A stretch of 64,000 nt of DNA from the human T2T-CHM13v2.0 reference genome, Homo sapiens. Every line of letters starts with the position of its first letter. The stretch's first letter is position 1. Both the position numbers and the translations under genes were made by a program. Shown here in pieces: positions 12,601 through 27,600 of the stretch. The stretch lies in NCBI RefSeq assembly GCF_009914755.1, contig NC_060948.1; one strand, given 5' to 3'. Under the pieces are notes generated by a model, which was not told the DNA's origin, did no database searches, and saw only the letters and a program-made list of their open reading frames with translations.

Positions 12601-15600
12601 TCAAATTGAATGGACTCGAATGGAATGGCAACGAAAGGAATGTCATCGAATGGAATTGAATCGATTGGAATGAAATCACATAGAATGGAGTGGAATCAAA
12701 TGGAATTGAATCGAAAGGAAAGGAAGCGAATGGACTGAAATGAAATGGAATGGAATTGAATGGAAATTAATTCAATGGCATAGAATGGAACGAAATTTCA
12801 CGGAATGGAATCAAACTGAATGGAATCAAATCAATGGAATATAATCAAATGGAATGGAAAGGAATTGAATGGAGTAGATTGAATTGGATGGGATTGGAAT
12901 GAAATGTACTGGAAAGGACTCGAATTTCATGAAACGGAATGGAATGAATTAGAACGGAATGGACTCGAATGGAATGGAATGTCATGGAATGGCATCAAAT
13001 GGAATGGGATCGAATGCGATGGAATGCTATGGAATGGAATGGAATGCATTGGAATGGAATGTCCTCTAATGGAATGTATTCGAGTGGAATGGAATCGAAT
13101 ATAATGGAGTCTAATGAAATGGAATTGAAAGGAATGGGACCGAATACAATGGAATATACTGGAATGTAATGTAATGAACTCGAATGTAATTGACTGGAAT
13201 GGAATGTACATGAATGGAATGTAATCGAATGGAAAGCAATCCAATGGAATAGAATCTAATGCAATAAAATTGACTCAAATAGAGTAGAATGTAATGGAAT
13301 GGAGTGCAGTGCAATGGAATGGAATGGAATGGAATGCAATGGAATGGAATGGAATGGAATGGGATGGAATGGTATGGAATGGATAGTAATGGACTGGAGT
13401 GAAATGGACTGGAAAAGAATGGACTCAAATTGAAAGGGCTCGAAAGGAATGGAGTCAAATGGAATGGTCTGGAATGGAATGAACACGAATGTAATGCAAT
13501 CCAATGGAATGGAATCGAATGGCATGGAATATAAAGAAATGGAATCGAAGAGAATGGAAACAAATGGAATGGAATTGAATGGAATGGAATTGAATGGAAT
13601 GGGAACGAATGGAGTGAAATTGTATGCAGTAGAAGAGAATAGAATGGAATGCAAGCGAAAGGAAAGGAATGGATTGGAATGGAATGGAATTCATTGGAAT
13701 GGAAGGGAATGTAGTGTAATGGACAGGCCTGGAATAAAGTGGAATGCTACGGTCTCGAATGGAATAAAAATGTATGGAATGGAATGCAATGAAACGGAAT
13801 CGAATGTCATAGAATGTAATGGAATGCAAAAAAATGGACTCCAAAATCATTGACTGGAAAGGCTGGGTGTCGAAAGGAATTGACTCCAATGGAATGGAAG
13901 TGAATAGAATGGAACTAAATCGAATGGAATGGAATTGATAGGAACGGAATGGAAAGGAATGCAATGATTTGGCATGGAATGGAATCGAATGGCATCGAAT
14001 GGAATGGAATGGAATGCAATGGAATGGAATGTATTAGAATGTAATGAACTTTAATGGAATGTACTCGAATGGATTCGACTGGAATGGAATGTTCTCGAAG
14101 TGAATGGACTCCAATGGAATGGATTCGAAAGGAATGGAATCTAATGGAATGGAATTAAATGGAAATGAATCAAATTGAATAGAACGGAATTGAATTGAAT
14201 GGAATCGAATGCAATGGAATCTAATGAAACGGAAAGGAAAGGAATGGAATGGATTGGAATGGAATGGGCTGTAATGGAATGGAATCGAAACGAATGGAAT
14301 GGAATCGAACTGAAGAGACTGGAATGGAATGCACTGGAATGGAAGGGAATGTAATGGAAGGTTCTCAAAAAAATGGAATCGAAAGGAATGGAATTGAATG
14401 GAACGGAATAGAGTCGAATGGAATTCAATGGAATGGAATGGACTAGAGTGAAATGGAATCGAACCACAAGGAATGGACAGGAATAGAATGGTCTCGAATT
14501 GAATGGAATCGTATGGAATGGCATCAAACGGAATGGAATGGACAGCCACGGAATGGAATGGACACCCACGGAATGGAATGCACTCGAATGCAATGGAGTC
14601 GACACTAATGGACTGGAATAGAATGGACTCGACTGGTACGGACTCCAATGGAATGGAATCGAATGGAAGGGAATCGAACGGAATGGACTCGAAGGGAAAA
14701 GACTGCAATGGAATGGTCTCGAATGGAATGGAAATTAATGGAATGGAATGGAATCGAATGAAATGGAGTCAAAAGGAATGGAATCGAATGGCAAGAAATC
14801 GAATGTAATGGAATCGCAAGGAATTGATGTGAACGGAACGGAATGGAATGGAATCCAAAGGAATGGAATAGAATGGAATGGAATCGAATGGAAAGGACTC
14901 GAATGGAAATCACTCGAATAGAATGCAATTTAATAAAATAGGATCAAATGTAATGGAATGGAATGGAAAGGAATCGAAACGAAAGGAATGGAGACAGATG
15001 GAATGGAATGGAACAGAGAGCAATGGTATAGAATGGAATGGAATCATCTGGAATGGAATTGAATGGAATGGAATAATATGAAATGGAATGGAATGGAATG
15101 GAATGCCCTTGAATTAAATGGACTGGAATGCAATGGACTCGAACAGAGTGGAATGGAAAGTGTTGAAATAGAATGGAATGGACTCGTTTGGAATGGTCTA
15201 GTATGCAATGCAATCGACTGGCAGGGAATCAAAAGGTATGTAATCGAATGGATTGGACTGGAATGCAATGGACTCGAATAGATTGGAAACGGAAAGCAAA
15301 GGAATGGAATGGAATAGTATGGAATGGAATGCAAAGGAATGGAGTGGAATAGACTAGAGTGGAATGGAATGGACTCGAAAGCAATGGACTGGAATGGAAC
15401 TTTCTTGAATGGACTGGAATCAAACGGAATGGAATGCAATGCAATCAAATGGCATGGAATAAAATAGAATGAAAGAGAATCAAATGGAATTGAATCGAAT
15501 GGAATCGAATGGATTGGAAAGGAATAGAATGGAATGGAATGGAATTGACTCAAATGGAATGGACTAGAATGGAATGGATTCGAATGGAAGGCAAAGGAAT

Positions 15601-18600
15601 GGAATCTATTGGAATGGACTGTAATGGAATGGAAGGGATTGGAATGGACTCGAATGGAATGGACTGCAGTAGAAAGGATTCGAATGGAATGAAAAAGAAT
15701 TGAATGGAATAGAACAGAATGGAATCAAATCGAATGAAATGGAATAGAATAGAAAGGAATGGAATGAAATGGAATGGAAAGGATTCGAATGGAATGCAAT
15801 CGAATGGAATGCAATCGAATGGAATGGAATCGAACGGAATGGAATAAAATGGAAGAAAACTGGCAAGAAATGGAATCGAAATGAATGGAGTGTTATGGAA
15901 CGGACTCAAAAGGAATTGAATGTAATAGAATGGAGTGGAGTGGACTCGAATATAATGGACTGGAATGGAATGAAATCACATGGAATGGGAACGAATGGAA
16001 TGGAATGGAAAGGAATGGAATCGAATGCAAAGGAATCGAATGGAAGGGAATGAAATTGAATCAACAGGAATGGAAGGGAGTAGAATAGACGGTAATGGAA
16101 TGGACTCGAATAGAATTGACACGAATGCTCAAATTGAATGGACTCGAATGGAATGGCAACGAAAGGAATGTCATCGAATGGAATTGAATCGATTGGAATG
16201 AAATCACATAGAATGGAGTGGAATCAAATGGAATTGAATCGAAAGGAAAGGAAGCGAATGGACTGAAATGAAATGGAATGGAATTGAATGGAAATTAATT
16301 CAATGGCATAGAATGGAACGAAATTTCACGGAATGGAATCAAACTGAATGGAATCAAATCAATGGAATATAATCAAATGGAATGGAAAGGAATTGAATGG
16401 AGTAGATTGAATTGGATGGGATTGGAATGAAATGTACTGGAAAGGACTCGAATTTCATGAAACGGAATGGAATGAATTAGAACGGAATGGACTCGAATGG
16501 AATGGAATGTCATGGAATGGCATCAAATGGAATGGGATCGAATGCGATGGAATGCTATGGAATGGAATGGAATGCATTGGAATGGAATGTCCTCTAATGG
16601 AATGTATTCGAGTGGAATGGAATCGAATATAATGGAGTCTAATGAAATGGAATTGAAAGGAATGGGACCGAATACAATGGAATATACTGGAATGTAATGT
16701 AATGAACTCGAATGTAATTGACTGGAATGGAATGTACATGAATGGAATGTAATCGAATGGAAAGCAATCCAATGGAATAGAATCTAATGCAATAAAATTG
16801 ACTCAAATAGAGTAGAATGTAATGGAATGGAGTGCAGTGCAATGGAATGGAATGGAATGGAATGGAATGCAATGGAATGGAATGGAATGGAATGGGATGG
16901 AATGGTATGGAATGGATAGTAATGGACTGGAGTGAAATGGACTGGAAAAGAATGGACTCAAATTGAAAGGGCTCGAAAGGAATGGAGTCAAATGGAATGG
17001 TCTGGAATGGAATGAACACGAATGTAATGCAATCCAATGGAATGGAATCGAATGGCATGGAATATAAAGAAATGGAATCGAAGAGAATGGAAACAAATGG
17101 AATGGAATTGAATGGAATGGAATTGAATGGAATGGGAACGAATGGAGTGAAATTGTATGCAGTAGAAGAGAATAGAATGGAATGCAAGCGAAAGGAAAGG
17201 AATGGATTGGAATGGAATGGAATTCATTGGAATGGAAGGGAATGTAGTGTAATGGACAGGCCTGGAATAAAGTGGAATGCTACGGTCTCGAATGGAATAA
17301 AAATGTATGGAATGGAATGCAATGAAACGGAATCGAATGTCATAGAATGTAATGGAATGCAAAAAAATGGACTCCAAAATCATTGACTGGAAAGGCTGGG
17401 TGTCGAAAGGAATTGACTCCAATGGAATGGAAGTGAATAGAATGGAACTAAATCGAATGGAATGGAATTGATAGGAACGGAATGGAAAGGAATGCAATGA
17501 TTTGGCATGGAATGGAATCGAATGGCATCGAATGGAATGGAATGGAATGCAATGGAATGGAATGTATTAGAATGTAATGAACTTTAATGGAATGTACTCG
17601 AATGGATTCGACTGGAATGGAATGTTCTCGAAGTGAATGGACTCCAATGGAATGGATTCGAAAGGAATGGAATCTAATGGAATGGAATTAAATGGAAATG
17701 AATCAAATTGAATAGAACGGAATTGAATTGAATGGAATCGAATGCAATGGAATCTAATGAAACGGAAAGGAAAGGAATGGAATGGATTGGAATGGAATGG
17801 GCTGTAATGGAATGGAATCGAAACGAATGGAATGGAATCGAACTGAAGAGACTGGAATGGAATGCACTGGAATGGAAGGGAATGTAATGGAAGGTTCTCA
17901 AAAAAATGGAATCGAAAGGAATGGAATTGAATGGAACGGAATAGAGTCGAATGGAATTCAATGGAATGGAATGGACTAGAGTGAAATGGAATCGAACCAC
18001 AAGGAATGGACAGGAATAGAATGGTCTCGAATTGAATGGAATCGTATGGAATGGCATCAAACGGAATGGAATGGACAGCCACGGAATGGAATGGACACCC
18101 ACGGAATGGAATGCACTCGAATGCAATGGAGTCGACACTAATGGACTGGAATAGAATGGACTCGACTGGTACGGACTCCAATGGAATGGAATCGAATGGA
18201 AGGGAATCGAACGGAATGGACTCGAAGGGAAAAGACTGCAATGGAATGGTCTCGAATGGAATGGAAATTAATGGAATGGAATGGAATCGAATGAAATGGA
18301 GTCAAAAGGAATGGAATCGAATGGCAAGAAATCGAATGTAATGGAATCGCAAGGAATTGATGTGAACGGAACGGAATGGAATGGAATCCAAAGGAATGGA
18401 ATAGAATGGAATGGAATCGAATGGAAAGGACTCGAATGGAAATCACTCGAATAGAATGCAATTTAATAAAATAGGATCAAATGTAATGGAATGGAATGGA
18501 AAGGAATCGAAACGAAAGGAATGGAGACAGATGGAATGGAATGGAACAGAGAGCAATGGTATAGAATGGAATGGAATCATCTGGAATGGAATTGAATGGA

Positions 18601-21600
18601 ATGGAATAATATGAAATGGAATGGAATGGAATGGAATGCCCTTGAATTAAATGGACTGGAATGCAATGGACTCGAACAGAGTGGAATGGAAAGTGTTGAA
18701 ATAGAATGGAATGGACTCGTTTGGAATGGTCTAGTATGCAATGCAATCGACTGGCAGGGAATCAAAAGGAATGTAATCGAATGGATTGGACTGGAATGCA
18801 ATGGACTCGAATAGATTGGAAACGGAAAGCAAAGGAATGGAATGGAATAGTATGGAATGGAATGCAAAGGAATGGAGTGGAATAGACTAGAGTGGAATGG
18901 AATGGACTGGAAAGCAATGGACTGGAATGGAACTTTCTTGAATGGACTGGAATCAAACGGAATGGAATGCAATGCAATCAAATGGCATGGAATAAAATAG
19001 AATGAAAGAGAATCAAATGGAATTGAATCGAATGGAATCGAATGGATTGGAAAGGAATAGAATGGAATGGAATGGAATTGACTCAAATGGAATGGACTAG
19101 AATGGAATGGATTCGAATGGAAGGCAAAGGAATGGAATCTATTGGAATGGACTGTAATGGAATGGAATGGAAGGGATTGGAATGGACTCGAATGGAATGG
19201 ACTGCAGTAGAAAGGATTCGAATGGAATGAAAAAGAATTGAATGGAATAGAACAGAATGGAATCAAATCGAATGAAATGGAATAGAATAGAAAGGAATGG
19301 AATGAAATGGAATGGAAAGGATTCGAATGGAATGCAATCGAATGGAATGCAATCGAATGGAATGGAATCGAACGGAATGGAATAAAATGGAAGAAAACTG
19401 GCAAGAAATGGAATCGAAATGAATGGAGTGTTATGGAACGGACTCAAAAGGAATTGAATGTAATAGAATGGAGTGGAGTGGACTCGAATATAATGGACTG
19501 GAATGGAATGAAATCACATGGAATGGGAACGAATGGAATGGAATGGAAAGGAATGGAATCGAATGCAAAGGAATCGAATGGAAGGGAATGAAATTGAATC
19601 AACAGGAATGGAAGGGAGTAGAATAGACGGTAATGGAATGGACTCGAATAGAATGGACACGAATGCTCAAATTGAATGGACTCGAATGGAATGGCAACGA
19701 AAGGAATGTCATCGAATGGAATTGAATCGATTGGAATGAAATCACATAGAATGGAGTGGAATCAAATGGAATTGAATCGAAAGGAAAGGAAGCGAATGGA
19801 CTGAAATGAAATGGAATGGAATTGAATGGAAATTAATTCAATGGCATAGAATGGAACGAAATTTCACGGAATGGAATCAAACTGAATGGAATCAAATCAA
19901 TGGAATATAATCAAATGGAATGGAAAGGAATTGAATGGAGTAGATTGAATTGGATGGGATTGGAATGAAATGTACTGGAAAGGACTCGAATTTCATGAAA
20001 CGGAATGGAATGAATTAGAACGGAATGGACTCGAATGGAATGGAATGTCATGGAATGGCATCAAATGGAATGGGATCGAATGCGATGGAATGCTATGGAA
20101 TGGAATGGAATGCATTGGAATGGAATGTCCTCTAATGGAATGTATTCGAGTGGAATGGAATCGAATATAATGGAGTCTAATGAAATGGAATTGAAAGGAA
20201 TGGGACCGAATACAATGGAATATACTGGAATGTAATGTAATGAACTCGAATGTAATTGACTGGAATGGAATGTACATGAATGGAATGTAATCGAATGGAA
20301 AGCAATCCAATGGAATAGAATCTAATGCAATAAAATTGACTCAAATAGAGTAGAATGTAATGGAATGGAGTGCAGTGCAATGGAATGGAATGGAATGGAA
20401 TGGAATGCAATGGAATGGAATGGAATGGAATGGGATGGAATGGTATGGAATGGATAGTAATGGACTGGAGTGAAATGGACTGGAAAAGAATGGACTCAAA
20501 TTGAAAGGGCTCGAAAGGAATGGAGTCAAATGGAATGGTCTGGAATGGAATGAACACGAATGTAATGCAATCCAATGGAATGGAATCGAATGGCATGGAA
20601 TATAAAGAAATGGAATCGAAGAGAATGGAAACAAATGGAATGGAATTGAATGGAATGGAATTGAATGGAATGGGAACGAATGGAGTGAAATTGTATGCAG
20701 TAGAAGAGAATAGAATGGAATGCAAGCGAAAGGAAAGGAATGGATTGGAATGGAATGGAATTCATTGGAATGGAAGGGAATGTAGTGTAATGGACAGGCC
20801 TGGAATAAAGTGGAATGCTACGGTCTCGAATGGAATAAAAATGTATGGAATGGAATGCAATGAAACGGAATCGAATGTCATAGAATGTAATGGAATGCAA
20901 AAAAATGGACTCCAAAATCATTGACTGGAAAGGCTGGGTGTCGAAAGGAATTGACTCCAATGGAATGGAAGTGAATAGAATGGAACTAAATCGAATGGAA
21001 TGGAATTGATAGGAACGGAATGGAAAGGAATGCAATGATTTGGCATGGAATGGAATCGAATGGCATCGAATGGAATGGAATGGAATGCAATGGAATGGAA
21101 TGTATTAGAATGTAATGAACTTTAATGGAATGTACTCGAATGGATTCGACTGGAATGGAATGTTCTCGAAGTGAATGGACTCCAATGGAATGGATTCGAA
21201 AGGAATGGAATCTAATGGAATGGAATTAAATGGAAATGAATCAAATTGAATAGAACGGAATTGAATTGAATGGAATCGAATGCAATGGAATCTAATGAAA
21301 CGGAAAGGAAAGGAATGGAATGGATTGGAATGGAATGGGCTGTAATGGAATGGAATCGAAACGAATGGAATGGAATCGAACTGAAGAGACTGGAATGGAA
21401 TGCACTGGAATGGAAGGGAATGTAATGGAAGGTTCTCAAAAAAATGGAATCGAAAGGAATGGAATTGAATGGAACGGAATAGAGTCGAATGGAATTCAAT
21501 GGAATGGAATGGACTAGAGTGAAATGGAATCGAACCACAAGGAATGGACAGGAATAGAATGGTCTCGAATTGAATGGAATCGTATGGAATGGCATCAAAC

Positions 21601-24600
21601 GGAATGGAATGGACAGCCACGGAATGGAATGGACACCCACGGAATGGAATGCACTCGAATGCAATGGAGTCGACACTAATGGACTGGAATAGAATGGACT
21701 CGACTGGTACGGACTCCAATGGAATGGAATCGAATGGAAGGGAATCGAACGGAATGGACTCGAAGGGAAAAGACTGCAATGGAATGGTCTCGAATGGAAT
21801 GGAAATTAATGGAATGGAATGGAATCGAATGAAATGGAGTCAAAAGGAATGGAATCGAATGGCAAGAAATCGAATGTAATGGAATCGCAAGGAATTGATG
21901 TGAACGGAACGGAATGGAATGGAATCCAAAGGAATGGAATAGAATGGAATGGAATCGAATGGAAAGGACTCGAATGGAAATCACTCGAATAGAATGCAAT
22001 TTAATAAAATAGGATCAAATGTAATGGAATGGAATGGAAAGGAATCGAAACGAAAGGAATGGAGACAGATGGAATGGAATGGAACAGAGAGCAATGGTAT
22101 AGAATGGAATGGAATCATCTGGAATGGAATTGAATGGAATGGAATAATATGAAATGGAATGGAATGGAATGGAATGCCCTTGAATTAAATGGACTGGAAT
22201 GCAATGGACTCGAACAGAGTGGAATGGAAAGTGTTGAAATAGAATGGAATGGACTCGTTTGGAGTGGTCTAGTATGCAATGCAATCGACTGGCAGGGAAT
22301 CAAAAGGAATGTAATCGAATGGATTGGACTGGAATGCAATGGACTCGAATAGATTGGAAACGGAAAGCAAAGGAATGGAATGGAATAGTATGGAATGGAA
22401 TGCAAAGGAATGGAGTGGAATAGACTAGAGTGGAATGGAATGGACTCGAAAGCAATGGACTGGAATGGAACTTTCTTGAATGGACTGGAATCAAACGGAA
22501 TGGAATGCAATGCAATCAAATGGCATGGAATAAAATAGAATGAAAGAGAATCAAATGGAATTGAATCGAATGGAATCGAATGGATTGGAAAGGAATAGAA
22601 TGGAATGGAATGGAATTGACTCAAATGGAATGGACTAGAATGGAATGGATTCGAATGGAAGGCAAAGGAATGGAATCTATTGGAATGGACTGTAATGGAA
22701 TGGAATGGAAGGGATTGGAATGGACTCGAATGGAATGGACTGCAGTAGAAAGGATTCGAATGGAATGAAAAAGAATTGAATGGAATAGAACAGAATGGAA
22801 TCAAATCGAATGAAATGGAATAGAATAGAAAGGAATGGAATGAAATGGAATGGAAAGGATTCGAATGGAATGCAATCGAATGGAATGCAATCGAATGGAA
22901 TGGAATCGAACGGAATGGAATAAAATGGAAGAAAACTGGCAAGAAATGGAATCGAAATGAATGGAGTGTTATGGAACGGACTCAAAAGGAATTGAATGTA
23001 ATAGAATGGAGTGGAGTGGACTCGAATATAATGGACTGGAATGGAATGAAATCACATGGAATGGGAACGAATGGAATGGAATGGAAAGGAATGGAATCGA
23101 ATGCAAAGGAATCGAATGGAAGGGAATGAAATTGAATCAACAGGAATGGAAGGGAGTAGAATAGACGGTAATGGAATGGACTCGAATAGAATGGACACGA
23201 ATGCTCAAATTGAATGGACTCGAATGGAATGGCAACGAAAGGAATGTCATCGAATGGAATTGAATCGATTGGAATGAAATCACATAGAATGGAGTGGAAT
23301 CAAATGGAATTGAATCGAAAGGAAAGGAAGCGAATGGACTGAAATGAAATGGAATGGAATTGAATGGAAATTAATTCAATGGCATAGAATGGAACGAAAT
23401 TTCACGGAATGGAATCAAACTGAATGGAATCAAATCAATGGAATATAATCAAATGGAATGGAAAGGAATTGAATGGAGTAGATTGAATTGGATGGGATTG
23501 GAATGAAATGTACTGGAAAGGACTCGAATTTCATGAAACGGAATGGAATGAATTAGAACGGAATGGACTCGAATGGAATGGAATGTCATGGAATGGCATC
23601 AAATGGAATGGGATCGAATGCGATGGAATGCTATGGAATGGAATGGAATGCATTGGAATGGAATGTCCTCTAATGGAATGTATTCGAGTGGAATGGAATC
23701 GAATATAATGGAGTCTAATGAAATGGAATTGAAAGGAATGGGACCGAATACAATGGAATATACTGGAATGTAATGTAATGAACTCGAATGTAATTGACTG
23801 GAATGGAATGTACATGAATGGAATGTAATCGAATGGAAAGCAATCCAATGGAATAGAATCTAATGCAATAAAATTGACTCAAATAGAGTAGAATGTAATG
23901 GAATGGAGTGCAGTGCAATGGAATGGAATGGAATGGAATGCAATGGAATGGAATGGAATGGAATGGGATGGAATGGTATGGAATGGATAGTAATGGACTG
24001 GAGTGAAATGGACTGGAAAAGAATGGACTCAAATTGAAAGGGCTCGAAAGGAATGGAGTCAAATGGAATGGTCTGGAATGGAATGAACACGAATGTAATG
24101 CAATCCAATGGAATGGAATCGAATGGCATGGAATATAAAGAAATGGAATCGAAGAGAATGGAAACAAATGGAATGGAATTGAATGGAATGGAATTGAATG
24201 GAATGGGAACGAATGGAGTGAAATTGTATGCAGTAGAAGAGAATAGAATGGAATGCAAGCGAAAGGAAAGGAATGGATTGGAATGGAATGGAATTCATTG
24301 GAATGGAAGGGAATGTAGTGTAATGGACAGGCCTGGAATAAAGTGGAATGCTACGGTCTCGAATGGAATAAAAATGTATGGAATGGAATGCAATGAAACG
24401 GAATCGAATGTCATAGAATGTAATGGAATGCAAAAAAATGGACTCCAAAATCATTGACTGGAAAGGCTGGGTGTCGAAAGGAATTGACTCCAATGGAATG
24501 GAAGTGAATAGAATGGAACTAAATCGAATGGAATGGAATTGATAGGAACGGAATGGAAAGGAATGCAATGATTTGGCATGGAATGGAATCGAATGGCATC

Positions 24601-27600
24601 GAATGGAATGGAATGGAATGCAATGGAATGGAATGTATTAGAATGTAATGAACTTTAATGGAATGTACTCGAATGGATTCGACTGGAATGGAATGTTCTC
24701 GAAGTGAATGGACTCCAATGGAATGGATTCGAAAGGAATGGAATCTAATGGAATGGAATTAAATGGAAATGAATCAAATTGAATAGAACGGAATTGAATT
24801 GAATGGAATCGAATGCAATGGAATCTAATGAAACGGAAAGGAAAGGAATGGAATGGATTGGAATGGAATGGGCTGTAATGGAATGGAATCGAAACGAATG
24901 GAATGGAATCGAACTGAAGAGACTGGAATGGAATGCACTGGAATGGAAGGGAATGTAATGGAAGGTTCTCAAAAAAATGGAATCGAAAGGAATGGAATTG
25001 AATGGAACGGAATAGAGTCGAATGGAATTCAATGGAATGGAATGGACTAGAGTGAAATGGAATCGAACCACAAGGAATGGACAGGAATAGAATGGTCTCG
25101 AATTGAATGGAATCGTATGGAATGGCATCAAACGGAATGGAATGGACAGCCACGGAATGGAATGGACACCCACGGAATGGAATGCACTCGAATGCAATGG
25201 AGTCGACACTAATGGACTGGAATAGAATGGACTCGACTGGTACGGACTCCAATGGAATGGAATCGAATGGAAGGGAATCGAACGGAATGGACTCGAAGGG
25301 AAAAGACTGCAATGGAATGGTCTCGAATGGAATGGAAATTAATGGAATGGAATGGAATCGAATGAAATGGAGTCAAAAGGAATGGAATCGAATGGCAAGA
25401 AATCGAATGTAATGGAATCGCAAGGAATTGATGTGAACGGAACGGAATGGAATGGAATCCAAAGGAATGGAATAGAATGGAATGGAATCGAATGGAAAGG
25501 ACTCGAATGGAAATCACTCGAATAGAATGCAATTTAATAAAATAGGATCAAATGTAATGGAATGGAATGGAAAGGAATCGAAACGAAAGGAATGGAGACA
25601 GATGGAATGGAATGGAACAGAGAGCAATGGTATAGAATGGAATGGAATCATCTGGAATGGAATTGAATGGAATGGAATAATATGAAATGGAATGGAATGG
25701 AATGGAATGCCCTTGAATTAAATGGACTGGAATGCAATGGACTCGAACAGAGTGGAATGGAAAGTGTTGAAATAGAATGGAATGGACTCGTTTGGAATGG
25801 TCTAGTATGCAATGCAATCGACTGGCAGGGAATCAAAAGGAATGTAATCAAATGGATTGGACTGGAATGCAATGGACTCGAATAGATTGGAAACGGAAAG
25901 CAAAGGAATGGAATGGAATAGTATGGAATGGAATGCAAAGGAATGGAGTGGAATAGACTAGAGTGGAATGGAATGGACTCGAAAGCAATGGACTGGAATG
26001 GAACTTTCTTGAATGGACTGGAATCAAACGGAATGGAATGCAATGCAATCAAATGGCATGGAATAAAATAGAATGAAAGAGAATCAAATGGAATTGAATC
26101 GAATGGAATCGAATGGATTGGAAAGGAATAGAATGGAATGGAATGGAATTGACTCAAATGGAATGGACTAGAATGGAATGGATTCGAATGGAAGGCAAAG
26201 GAATGGAATCTATTGGAATGGACTGTAATGGAATGGAATGGAAGGGATTGGAATGGACTCGAATGGAATGGACTGCAGTAGAAAGGATTCGAATGGAATG
26301 AAAAAGAATTGAATGGAATAGAACAGAATGGAATCAAATCGAATGAAATGGAATAGAATAGAAAGGAATGGAATGAAATGGAATGGAAAGGATTCGAATG
26401 GAATGCAATCGAATGGAATGCAATCGAATGGAATGGAATCGAACGGAATGGAATAAAATGGAAGAAAACTGGCAAGAAATGGAATCGAAATGAATGGAGT
26501 GTTATGGAACGGACTCAAAAGGAATTGAATGTAATAGAATGGAGTGGAGTGGACTCGAATATAATGGACTGGAATGGAATGAAATCACATGGAATGGGAA
26601 CGAATGGAATGGAATGGAAAGGAATGGAATCGAATGCAAAGGAATCGAATGGAAGGGAATGAAATTGAATCAACAGGAATGGAAGGGAGTAGAATAGACG
26701 GTAATGGAATGGACTCGAATAGAATGGACACGAATGCTCAAATTGAATGGACTCGAATGGAATGGCAACGAAAGGAATGTCATCGAATGGAATTGAATCG
26801 ATTGGAATGAAATCACATAGAATGGAGTGGAATCAAATGGAATTGAATCGAAAGGAAAGGAAGCGAATGGACTGAAATGAAATGGAATGGAATTGAATGG
26901 AAATTAATTCAATGGCATAGAATGGAACGAAATTTCACGGAATGGAATCAAACTGAATGGAATCAAATCAATGGAATATAATCAAATGGAATGGAAAGGA
27001 ATTGAATGGAGTAGATTGAATTGGATGGGATTGGAATGAAATGTACTGGAAAGGACTCGAATTTCATGAAACGGAATGGAATGAATTAGAACGGAATGGA
27101 CTCGAATGGAATGGAATGTCATGGAATGGCATCAAATGGAATGGGATCGAATGCGATGGAATGCTATGGAATGGAATGGAATGCATTGGAATGGAATGTC
27201 CTCTAATGGAATGTATTCGAGTGGAATGGAATCGAATATAATGGAGTCTAATGAAATGGAATTGAAAGGAATGGGACCGAATACAATGGAATATACTGGA
27301 ATGTAATGTAATGAACTCGAATGTAATTGACTGGAATGGAATGTACATGAATGGAATGTAATCGAATGGAAAGCAATCCAATGGAATAGAATCTAATGCA
27401 ATAAAATTGACTCAAATAGAGTAGAATGTAATGGAATGGAGTGCAGTGCAATTGAATGGAATGGAATGGAATGCAATGGAATGGAATGGAATGGAATGGG
27501 ATGGAATGGTATGGAATGGATAGTAATGGACTGGAGTGAAATGGACTGGAAAAGAATGGACTCAAATTGAAAGGGCTCGAAAGGAATGGAGTCAAATGGA

